From contig CAZHWM010000012.1 in assembly GCA_964535935.1 (NCBI GenBank), positions 1,232 through 65,231 on the forward strand: a DNA stretch of 64,000 nt, given 5' to 3'. Numbering within the stretch: position 1 is the first letter of the stretch; each line of letters starts with the position of its first letter. The stretch is from an uncultured Planctomycetales bacterium. GTDB lineage: Bacteria > Omnitrophota > Gorgyraeia > Zapsychrales > Zapsychraceae. Below are positions 19,550 to 29,380 of this stretch, piece after piece. Made by a program: the position numbers and the translations under genes. The notes below the pieces were generated by a model. It was not told the origin of the DNA and ran no database searches. It was given only the letters and a program-made list of their open reading frames with translations.

Positions 19550-21223
19550 ATGAACGAGCAAGAGATACTAAATAATGAAACGACTCTGCGTGACTATTTG
19601 CGCGTTTTATTCAGACATAAGGCAGTTATGTTGGTTACGGTGCTTACTGTGTGTTTTACTGTATTTGTTGGGTTGAAGTTGAAGACAAAGGTATATGAAG
19701 CACAGGTAAAAATGCTTATCTCAGCAGAGAAGCAGGTAGAGGCTCCATATTATAAAGAATTTTATGGTTCGCGCAATGTGCAACAAACATTGACACAAAG
19801 TGAGATAGTAAAGTCCATGCCTGTCTTGTCTCGTGTTGTCCGTGCCCTTCATCTTGACAAAAGGCCCCTTGATGATGAAAAAAATTATAGCTCTAAACTG
19901 AAGGCTAAAATAATAGAATATAGAACAGCGGCCTTGAAAAGAAAATTGGCCAGACTTACTCCTGAAGAGAGACGATTTTTATTATTTAGAATGGCGGTAG
20001 AAAACCTTAAAAAAAATATAAAAGTAGAACCTATTCGTGACACCAATATGTTTACTATAAGTGTGAGAGATTATAATCCAGTAGGGGCGGCTGTTATTGC
20101 TAATGTGGTTAGTAGGGCATATGTAATATTTGATCTTGAACAACAATTAGCAGAATTAAGGCTTAAATACGGGGAAAAACATCCTACAATAAAACTTATT
20201 AATGAAAATATTTCTAGGTTGAAGAAAACTTTATCGGGTGAACCCCTTGATGATATTGAGGCAATAGGACCTGCCAGCGTAAAGATAATCGAACAGGCAT
20301 CAGTGCCTATGAAACCAGTAGGGACACCTAAGATAATTACTTTTATTATTGCTGTGATAATGAGTATTTTTTTGGCGATAATGCTTGCATTTATCTTTGA
20401 ATATGCAGATCAGACATTTAAATTACCTCAAGAGATAGAAAAGACATTGAATTTACCTTTTTTAGGCTCGATACCAAAAAGAAGGTTAGGAGACAGATTA
20501 TTATTGCATAATATGAACAGGAGAAGTCCTTATGTAAATTTTTATAGGATAATATCGGATCAGCTATATATCCTTTTAAAGGATAAAAAAATAAAATCAA
20601 TATTAATCACTTCTACAGAAGCTAAAGAGGGAACATCTGCGATTGTCGCTAATCTTGGGATATATTTGTCCCAAAAGGCAGGACATAAAGTATTGTTAAT
20701 AGATGCCAATTTGAGATATCCTAGTTTACATAAACTCTTTAAGTTAAAGACCATGAGTAGTCCAAAGAAAGTTGAAGGGCAAAGGAAAAGGAAAATGTCA
20801 AAGACAATGCATCTTAGTTCAGAAAATAGTTTGGGGTTAGCAGGTATATTGGAAGGGAACGCTACTTTAAAAGATGTAGTAAAGCATGTGGATAAAAAAC
20901 TTGATGTTATTGAGGCTGGGACCACGGATTTAAATCCGGTAATATTATTAGATTCTTCTAATATGGATAAAATGTTGAAACAGGCATATGAAGAATATGA
21001 AATAATACTCATTGACTGTCCTAATTTAAGGGGAAATAAAGATGCTGTGATAGTCTCTTCACACGTAGATGCAACTGTTATTGTTATTAATGAAGGGAAA
21101 GTAAGACGTCAGGTTATACAAAATGCTATCCGGCCATTAAAAGATAAAGATAAACGTATATTAGGGGTAATTCTTAATAATAGGACATTCCCAATACCTC
21201 GTTTAATATATGACCATATTTAA
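19550..21223 (+). CDS. PCP-2a/Wzc-like chain-length regulator with a degenerate BY-kinase-like domain
   Basis: Wzz-type N-terminus (LRDYLRVLFRHK plus a TM helix), a coiled-coil periplasmic region and a second TM helix, then a MinD/BY-kinase-like domain. The Walker A is STEAKEGTS instead of PGxGKS/T. ATG 19550 with GGAG upstream is preferred over TTG 19520. Confidence 0.8.
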   Translation: MNEQEILNNETTLRDYLRVLFRHKAVMLVTVLTVCFTVFVGLKLKTKVYEAQVKMLISAEKQVEAPYYKEFYGSRNVQQTLTQSEIVKSMPVLSRVVRALHLDKRPLDDEKNYSSKLKAKIIEYRTAALKRKLARLTPEERRFLLFRMAVENLKKNIKVEPIRDTNMFTISVRDYNPVGAAVIANVVSRAYVIFDLEQQLAELRLKYGEKHPTIKLINENISRLKKTLSGEPLDDIEAIGPASVKIIEQASVPMKPVGTPKIITFIIAVIMSIFLAIMLAFIFEYADQTFKLPQEIEKTLNLPFLGSIPKRRLGDRLLLHNMNRRSPYVNFYRIISDQLYILLKDKKIKSILITSTEAKEGTSAIVANLGIYLSQKAGHKVLLIDANLRYPSLHKLFKLKTMSSPKKVEGQRKRKMSKTMHLSSENSLGLAGILEGNATLKDVVKHVDKKLDVIEAGTTDLNPVILLDSSNMDKMLKQAYEEYEIILIDCPNLRGNKDAVIVSSHVDATVIVINEGKVRRQVIQNAIRPLKDKDKRILGVILNNRTFPIPRLIYDHI

Positions 21224-21346
21224 CATAACTATATTAAGTAAAGATGTAAGAGTATCCATTTATATTAAGTAATTTTGTTTGTCAGAGAGAAGATATAATA
21301 TAAGAATTATATATGGATAATATAAGTAGAAAGATGGGGGATAGTT

Positions 21347-22303
21347 ATGAGACATGGAAAATCAAAAGTGGCTATAATAGGAGCGGGAAATGTTGGCAGC
21401 AGTTTTGCTTTTGCATTAATGATAAGCGGATTAGCAAGAGAGATAGTAATTATAGATAAAAATGAAATAAGGGCTAAAGGGGAGAGCATGGATTTAACTC
21501 ATGGTTTGAGTTTTGTCTCTCCTTCTAAGATATATGCTTCAGGATATGAGGGGTGCCAAGATGCTGATATTGTAGTTATAACCGCAGGGGCAAAACAGAA
21601 TCCCGGTCAGACAAGACTTGATTTAGTTCAGGCTAATGCCGAAATATTTAAAAATATTGTCCCACGGATAATAAAATATAATAAAGAGGCTATTATTTTA
21701 GTTGTAACTAATCCAGTAGATATACTTACTTATGTTACCTTAAAGATTTCTTCTTTACCGCCAAATCAGGTTATAGGTTCTGGGACAGTGTTGGATACAT
21801 CGAGGTTTAAATATTTAATTAGCGAACATTGCGGTGTAGACCCAAGAAATGTCCATGCGTATATTATAGGTGAGCATGGAGATAGTGAACTGCCTGTTTG
21901 GAGTAACGCTAATATAGGCGGGATGGCATTTGCTAAATACTGCCCTACTTGTAATAAACATAGTTATTGTGGTAGTAATAAGGAATTGGCAGAGTTATTT
22001 GAACAAGTAAAAACCTCTGCATATAAAATCATAGAGGCTAAGGGTGCTACATACTATGCTATAGCACTTGCTATGCTCAAAATAGTAGCAGCTATACTAA
22101 GAGATGAAAATTCTATTTTGCCTGTTTCTACGCTTGTAGAGAATTATTATGGAATAAGTGACGTGTGTCTTAGTATCCCATCTGTTGTGAATATAAATGG
22201 TGTAACAAGATTTTTGCGATTGGAACTTTCAGATAAAGAACAGAAAGAGTTTAAACATTCTGCAGATATATTGAAAGGAATAATAAAAGGTATTAAATTT
22301 TAA
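21347..22303 (+). CDS. ldh: L-lactate dehydrogenase
   Basis: IIGAGNVGSSFAFAL, AGAKQNPGQTRLDL (Gln at the LDH-specific position), IIGEHGDSELPVWS. Confidence 0.9.
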   Translation: MRHGKSKVAIIGAGNVGSSFAFALMISGLAREIVIIDKNEIRAKGESMDLTHGLSFVSPSKIYASGYEGCQDADIVVITAGAKQNPGQTRLDLVQANAEIFKNIVPRIIKYNKEAIILVVTNPVDILTYVTLKISSLPPNQVIGSGTVLDTSRFKYLISEHCGVDPRNVHAYIIGEHGDSELPVWSNANIGGMAFAKYCPTCNKHSYCGSNKELAELFEQVKTSAYKIIEAKGATYYAIALAMLKIVAAILRDENSILPVSTLVENYYGISDVCLSIPSVVNINGVTRFLRLELSDKEQKEFKHSADILKGIIKGIKF

Positions 22304-22444
22304 TGCTGTTATGGTAGACAAAAGATACCTGAAGCAATAGGGCAAGGTGTGGGCCTTATAATTATATATCCATCCTTCACGTATTTATTAAGTAAAGGAG
22401 CCTTGCACTATCTTTTTGAGGTTTTAAGACGATTACAAGTATAA

Positions 22445-23581
<1,137 letters not shown>

Positions 23582-23681
23582 AAGATACCTCCTGTATATA
23601 TAATATTAAACTTAACAACCAGTTTGGGGATAGAGTAAAAACAAAATAAAGTATTATATATTTTTTAAGGATTATTATAAG

Positions 23682-24362
23682 ATGCGGTTTGATATAATAA
23701 CGATATTTCCTAATATGTTTAAGCCCGTTTTTAACGAGTCGATTATAAAAAGGGCACAGGAGAAGAAAAAGGTCGAGATTTTTGTGCATGATTTAAGGGA
23801 ATATACTGAAGATAAGCACAAGAAGGTAGATGATCGCCCGTTCGGTGGAGGGCCCGGAATGGTCATGATGCCGCAGCCTATTTTTGATGCAGTGAAAAAA
23901 ATAAAGGGCAGAAGAAAGGCAGAGGTAATATTGACATCTGCTTCTGGGAGACCCCTAACACAGCAGCTTGTTAAGGAGCTATCAAAGAAAAGAAATATTA
24001 TTATTATATGCGGCCATTATGAAGGGGTGGATGAACGAGTGCGGACACATCTAGTGGATAGGGATATATCCATAGGCGATTATGTGCTTACTGGCGGAGA
24101 GATCCCTGCCATGGTTCTTGTAGACTGTATTACAAGAATTATTCCCGGTGTAATTGGAAAAAAAGAATCTTTGATAGATGAATCATTCGAGAGAAATCTT
24201 CTGGAATATCCACAATTTACACGGCCTGCAAATTTTCGTGGAATTAATGTTCCAAATGTGCTATTATCTGGAGATCATCAAAATATACAAAGATGGAGAA
24301 GACAACAGGCTTTAGCCAGAACAAAGGCAATAAGACCGGATTTACTAAAACGTAAAGTATGA
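23682..24362 (+). CDS. trmD: tRNA (guanine37-N1)-methyltransferase
   Basis: [36 protein letters not shown]. Confidence 0.95.
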   Translation: MRFDIITIFPNMFKPVFNESIIKRAQEKKKVEIFVHDLREYTEDKHKKVDDRPFGGGPGMVMMPQPIFDAVKKIKGRRKAEVILTSASGRPLTQQLVKELSKKRNIIIICGHYEGVDERVRTHLVDRDISIGDYVLTGGEIPAMVLVDCITRIIPGVIGKKESLIDESFERNLLEYPQFTRPANFRGINVPNVLLSGDHQNIQRWRRQQALARTKAIRPDLLKRKV

Positions 24363-24415
24363 ATATTGTAAATTTTATAGTATATAGTATAATAAAAACG
24401 TTTAGGAGGATATAA

Positions 24416-24778
24416 ATGGGAAGGAATATAGGAGAAACAATAAGAGAGTTTGATAAAAAACACTTAAGAGATGATCTACCTGACTTTGAAGTTGGCGATA
24501 CTATCAAGATGAGGATACGTGTTCAGGAGGCAGATAAGGTAAGGGTGCATCCATTTGAAGGTACTGTAATAAGAAAAACAGGCAGAGGGCTTAAGGCAAC
24601 CTTTACAGTAAGAAAGATTTCCTTTGGAGAGGGAATTGAAAGGACGTTCCCTTTACATTCACCTGTAATAGAAAGTATTCAGGTCTCAAGCAAAGGTATA
24701 GTAAGAAGGGCTAAATTGTATTATTTAAGAGATCGTGTTGGTAAACGTGCCAGGGTAAGAAGACGTCAGACACAATGA
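24416..24778 (+). CDS. rplS: 50S ribosomal protein L19
   Basis: FEVGDTIKMRIRVQEADKVRVHPFEGTVIRK; conserved trmD-rplS order. Confidence 0.95.
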   Translation: MGRNIGETIREFDKKHLRDDLPDFEVGDTIKMRIRVQEADKVRVHPFEGTVIRKTGRGLKATFTVRKISFGEGIERTFPLHSPVIESIQVSSKGIVRRAKLYYLRDRVGKRARVRRRQTQ

Positions 24779-25377
24779 AATTTGAATACGAAGAAAGGCT
24801 TTTATCCAAAGGATATGATCTTGTTATAGGAATAGATGAAGCAGGCAGGGGGCCATTAGCTGGACCTGTAGTTGCCTCTGCAGTGGCATTGAAAAGGATT
24901 GATTTTAATAATAAAATTGCTGACTCAAAAAAAATTTCTGCACGTCAACGAGAAAAGGCTTTTAAAGAAATATGTGAAAATGCTTCTGTGGGGATAGGCA
25001 TTATCAACGAAACAGTTATAGATGAGAATAATATTCTTAAAGCGACGTTTTTTGCTATGACTAATGCTGTAAAACAGCTTATTAGTCGATTAGATAACCG
25101 ATATCGTAGGATATGCCTGCTTGTTGATGGAAATAAATTTGAAACGGATTTAAACTATGATTATCAGACTGTTGTGGGGGGGGATACATTTGTATTATCT
25201 ATAGCATGTGCGTCCATTGTTGCTAAAGTGATGCGGGATAGAATATTAGTGACATATGATAAGATTTTCCCTGAATATGGATTTAGAAAACACAAAGGGT
25301 ATCCGACACTTTATCATAGACAGGCCCTCAGGAGATATGGCCCTTCGATTATCCATCGAAAGACTTTCAAATATTAA
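24775..25377 (+). CDS. rnhB: Ribonuclease HII
   Basis: GIDEAGRGPLAGPVVASAV; ATGA overlap with rplS. Confidence 0.95.
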   Translation: MKFEYEERLLSKGYDLVIGIDEAGRGPLAGPVVASAVALKRIDFNNKIADSKKISARQREKAFKEICENASVGIGIINETVIDENNILKATFFAMTNAVKQLISRLDNRYRRICLLVDGNKFETDLNYDYQTVVGGDTFVLSIACASIVAKVMRDRILVTYDKIFPEYGFRKHKGYPTLYHRQALRRYGPSIIHRKTFKY

Positions 25378-25752
25378 ATGGCAAATTTTAACACAGAGAT
25401 TGGAAAGATAGGAGAAGAAATAGCTGTATTGTATTTGAAAAAGCAGGGTTACCGTATACTAGAACGCAACTATCGTTCACGGTTAGGAGGAGAAATCGAT
25501 ATAATAGCAAAAGATAAAGACGTGTTATGTTTTATTGAGGTAAAGACAAGGTCTTCTAATAAATTTGGTTCACCTTTTGATGCAATATCTTTTTTTAAAC
25601 AGCAGCGTATGATTAAAACAGCCAAGGATTATATATGTCATAAAAATATAGAGAATACGCAGGTACGTTTTGATGTGGTATCTGTGGACTCTGAACAATG
25701 GTTGAAATATGTAAATGTAATTAAAAATGCTTTTGATGTTGAAAACGAGTAA
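25378..25752 (+). CDS. yraN: YraN-family (UPF0102) endonuclease-like protein
   Basis: GEIDIIAKDKDVLCFIEVKTR and RFDVV; conserved rnhB-yraN order. Confidence 0.9.
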   Translation: MANFNTEIGKIGEEIAVLYLKKQGYRILERNYRSRLGGEIDIIAKDKDVLCFIEVKTRSSNKFGSPFDAISFFKQQRMIKTAKDYICHKNIENTQVRFDVVSVDSEQWLKYVNVIKNAFDVENE

Positions 25753-25824
25753 TATTTAGGGTAATATTATAATAATTATAATAATAGGTCCTCTCTTTTT
25801 TCCATTCATAATAGTCCTAAAATT

Positions 25825-26310
25825 ATGAAGAAGCTAAAAGATCATACTATAGAACAATATTTTAATGTATTATCTGCTAGGACACCTACACCAGGGGGAG
25901 GGTCTGCATCCGCTCTTACTGCAGCAGCAGGTGTTTCACTATTGATTATGGTAGCTAATTATTCTGTTGGAAAAACAGATTCTAAGGTTGTTAACAGACG
26001 TCTAGAGAAAATAATAAAACAAAGTAAAAAGATAAGAGACAGGCTTATAGAACTAATAGACCTGGATGCAGAGGTGTATCGTAATGTTGTAGAATCACGA
26101 AAATCGTCCGCTAATGTTCAAAAGGCAGCTTTAAGACAAGCCAGGAAAATACCGTTGGAGGTTGCGAGATTATGTTACAAAACAGTAAGTTTTGCCCCTT
26201 ATCTTGTAGAAAAAGGTAATAGTAACCTTATAAGCGATGTGCAGATAGCGGTAGAGATGCTATTTTCTTCTTATACATCTGCTATGATTAATGTGGAGAT
26301 TAACCAATGA
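25825..26310 (+). CDS. Cyclodeaminase/cyclohydrolase family protein (FTCD C-terminal-like)
   Basis: TPTPGGGSASALTAAAGVSLLIMVANYS. It overlaps folD by 4 nt, so it is probably in a folate one-carbon operon. Confidence 0.75.
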   Translation: MKKLKDHTIEQYFNVLSARTPTPGGGSASALTAAAGVSLLIMVANYSVGKTDSKVVNRRLEKIIKQSKKIRDRLIELIDLDAEVYRNVVESRKSSANVQKAALRQARKIPLEVARLCYKTVSFAPYLVEKGNSNLISDVQIAVEMLFSSYTSAMINVEINQ

Positions 26311-27164
26311 CAGCCCAGATACTAGATGGACGGGGACTATCTCAAAAGATAAAAGAGGATTTAAAGGAAGAGGTCGCCGAATTAAAAAAGCTCTATGACA
26401 ATATCCCTTCAATGATAAATATTATGGTAGGTGATTATCATTGTGCATGCGCGTATGCCAATGCTCAAAAAAAAACTGCTGAGTATATAGGCGTAAAATA
26501 TAGTTTAGTACATTTCCCTGAGGATGCAAAACAAAAAGATATATTGGATTATATAAATAAGATTAATAACGATTCCAAGATACACGGAATCATATTACAT
26601 AAACCAGTTCCTAAACATATTAACTATAGATTTATTGCAGACCATATAGCACCGGAAAAAGATTTAGAAGGAATTAATATAAGCAATATAGGAAAATTAA
26701 TTCTTGATAAACAGAGTATAATTCCATGTACTCCCGCATCTGTGATGGAGCATATAAAATTGAGTGGTATTGATATTAGAGGAAAAGAAGCTGTTGTTAT
26801 TGGACATAGCGAAATAGTTGGGAAACCATTGAGTTTGCTTCTATTAAGAGGAATGGCAACTGTAACAGTTTGTCACATCGCAACTAGCGAGGCAGGTAGG
26901 CTTGTTAGCCATATAAATAGGGCTGATATTTTAGTTTCTGCTGTAGGCAAACCATTACTTATCAAAGGTGAATGGATAAAAGAAGGAGCGATTGTAATAG
27001 ATGTGGGGATTAATCGTGTGAAAGATAAAATAGTTGGAGATATAGAGTTTGAATCCGCCTCTAAGAGAGCTGCCTATATTACACCTGTTCCTGGAGGGGT
27101 TGGTCCTGTAACAGTAGTAATGCTTATGCGTAACCTTATAAATGCTTTTAAGGAGCAAAAATAA
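26307..27164 (+). CDS. folD: Bifunctional methylene-THF dehydrogenase / methenyl-THF cyclohydrolase
   Basis: ILDGRGLS.., GHSEIVGKPLSLLLL, TPVPGGVGPVTVVML. Confidence 0.95.
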   Translation: MTAQILDGRGLSQKIKEDLKEEVAELKKLYDNIPSMINIMVGDYHCACAYANAQKKTAEYIGVKYSLVHFPEDAKQKDILDYINKINNDSKIHGIILHKPVPKHINYRFIADHIAPEKDLEGINISNIGKLILDKQSIIPCTPASVMEHIKLSGIDIRGKEAVVIGHSEIVGKPLSLLLLRGMATVTVCHIATSEAGRLVSHINRADILVSAVGKPLLIKGEWIKEGAIVIDVGINRVKDKIVGDIEFESASKRAAYITPVPGGVGPVTVVMLMRNLINAFKEQK

Positions 27165-27165
27165 A

Positions 27166-28401
27166 ATGAGAAAGATAGTTGTGCTTGGCAATTCTATGGC
27201 TGGAGTTAGAGTTATAGAAGAGTTGTTTTCTGCAGGAGAAGAGATAACGCCTATTTTGGTCTCTTTTGATAAATATTATCCTTATTATCCAGATATGTTA
27301 GAGGGGGTAATATCTTCTAGCTTGCCGTTTAGTAAAATTGTTTATAAAGATAAGAATTTTTATTCTGAGAACAATATACAGCTATTATTTGATGAAAAAA
27401 TATCCCGTATTAATTTTAAGGCTTCAAGAATAATTACAAAAAGCAAAAACAGGATAGAATATGATATACTTATAATTACAATGCCTGTATCTTATAAATT
27501 TCCAGATATAAAAGGAGTGAATAAGAGAGGTGTTTTTACGTTAAAAACCCTTTCAGAAGCAGTCCAGATACAGGATATGTTGCCTTTGTCAGAGACTGTT
27601 ATAATAGTTTCGGATAGTTTATCTGGGATAAGACAAGCATGGGCCTTTTGGTCTAGAGGTAAGGATGTAATATTATTAACGGCTAAACCATATCTTTGGG
27701 AGGGGATAGTTGATATTGAATATGCTAACCAATTAGAACAAGAACTTAAGAAGAAGGGTATAAATATAATAACAAATAACGAAATTGTTGAGATATTAGG
27801 AGATAGTAATCTTAAGGCCGTAAGGCTTAAAACAGGCAAGGTTATTGCTACGGATATTATAATCTTTGATAATATTGCCCCGGAGTTAAGGATGTTTAAG
27901 GAGGCTGGATTGAATATAAACCAGGGCATATGTGTAGATGAACGATTTAACACTAATATAAAAAACGTATTTGCCTGTAGTCTTGTATGTGAGATGGAAG
28001 GAATCTCTTTCTTTGAGAATAATAGTTTTGATGGATGTTTATCTGAGTTATATAAAGAACAGGCAAAGACAATTGCGTCTGCTATAATGAATAAAGATAT
28101 GGTTTTTCAAGCACCTTTTGCCGGGACCCATTTTAAAATAGACGATATCACCATTACTACTATAGGGAGGATACCAACACGGGACAGTAATGTGGAGATT
28201 ATTACAGATTTTGATAAAGAGACGGGTGTCTATAAGAGATTATTTGTAAACAATGATATTGTGGTTGCGGCGATACTTATCAACGCAGATGAGGATAAGC
28301 TGATAATAAAGGCACAAATAAAGGCGGGAGCAAATATAAGAGAGTTTATAAAATTAGGAGTTATAAAAAGAAATGAAGAACAAATTCTTCTTGCAAAGTG
28401 A
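27166..28401 (+). CDS. Pyridine-nucleotide-disulfide-oxidoreductase-like protein with degenerate dinucleotide motifs
   Basis: Two-Rossmann layout resembling NADH oxidase or rubredoxin reductase. The motifs read VVLGNSMAG and IIVSDSLSG rather than GxGxxG. ATG 27166 with AAGGAG upstream is preferred over the track start at 27142. Confidence 0.6.
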   Translation: MRKIVVLGNSMAGVRVIEELFSAGEEITPILVSFDKYYPYYPDMLEGVISSSLPFSKIVYKDKNFYSENNIQLLFDEKISRINFKASRIITKSKNRIEYDILIITMPVSYKFPDIKGVNKRGVFTLKTLSEAVQIQDMLPLSETVIIVSDSLSGIRQAWAFWSRGKDVILLTAKPYLWEGIVDIEYANQLEQELKKKGINIITNNEIVEILGDSNLKAVRLKTGKVIATDIIIFDNIAPELRMFKEAGLNINQGICVDERFNTNIKNVFACSLVCEMEGISFFENNSFDGCLSELYKEQAKTIASAIMNKDMVFQAPFAGTHFKIDDITITTIGRIPTRDSNVEIITDFDKETGVYKRLFVNNDIVVAAILINADEDKLIIKAQIKAGANIREFIKLGVIKRNEEQILLAK

Positions 28402-28414
28402 GGGATGATGTATT

Positions 28415-29263
28415 ATGTTAAAAACAAATAATTTTTTAATTAAAATTACTTGTAAAGTAATAACTTTTCTATTTTTCATATCTTTTGTTGCCTGTCATTC
28501 AGATGTTTCGGCAGAAAATTTCAAGATAAAGACAGCACAGGAATATAAGAAACAAGGTGAAGCGGAACAGGATAAAGGCAATCTGCCGGGTGCGTTATCT
28601 TTTTATAAGAAGGCAATAGCTTTAGGGTTAAAGGATGCACAATTATTTAATGAGGCAGGAATATTATCAGAGCAGGCTGGGATGCTAAAACAAGCAAAAA
28701 ACTACTATCTAGATGCTATCAACGAGGACGAAAAATTTCTTCCTGCTTACATGAATTTGGGATATTTGTATAAAAGGTTGGGTAATAAAGAATTAGCATT
28801 AAAGTATTTTAAAAAGCGATTTGAACTTGCTGAATTTAATGATCCATGGGCAGAGAAGGCAAAAGCAGAAATATTGAAAATAGCACCTAATTATAAGAAA
28901 TGGTTTCAAAGTATAGAAGCTGAACGGTTGAATAGGGAGATGGTGAAGCGGGCAAGGGAAGAATTATATCAAAATCTTATGTTCGCAGAGGAGTGTTATA
29001 AGGATGGGAAGAAAAAAATGCAACGCAAAGAATATAAGGAGGCTTTAAAGTCGTTTCAGCAAGGATTAGAATTCACTCCTAATAATCCTAAATTACTAGA
29101 TGCTAAAAAAGAGGCAAGACAGGCGCTGTTTAGAAAAAGAATAAATGAACATAAAGAGAGAGCGAAACGATTTTTAGATTTGGGAAGTTATTTTTCCGCA
29201 AGTAGAGAAATACAGAAGATACTCACCATGCTACCGAATGAACCGAAACGGCTTCCTAAATAA
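28415..29263 (+). CDS. TPR-repeat lipoprotein
   Basis: Signal peptide with a lipobox-like SFVAC, then TPR-type helical repeats (ALSFYKKAIALG.., YMNLGYLYKRLGNKELALKYFKK). Confidence 0.7.
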   Translation: MLKTNNFLIKITCKVITFLFFISFVACHSDVSAENFKIKTAQEYKKQGEAEQDKGNLPGALSFYKKAIALGLKDAQLFNEAGILSEQAGMLKQAKNYYLDAINEDEKFLPAYMNLGYLYKRLGNKELALKYFKKRFELAEFNDPWAEKAKAEILKIAPNYKKWFQSIEAERLNREMVKRAREELYQNLMFAEECYKDGKKKMQRKEYKEALKSFQQGLEFTPNNPKLLDAKKEARQALFRKRINEHKERAKRFLDLGSYFSASREIQKILTMLPNEPKRLPK

Positions 29264-29380
29264 ACATATAATTGTAAAAAATGATGGTCTTGAAGTCCAA
29301 TCTTATTCTAGACAATTCAATTGTTAGTAGGAGAGGAGACCTACAATCAAATAAAAAATAGAAGTTTCCTAAAAGATAAA

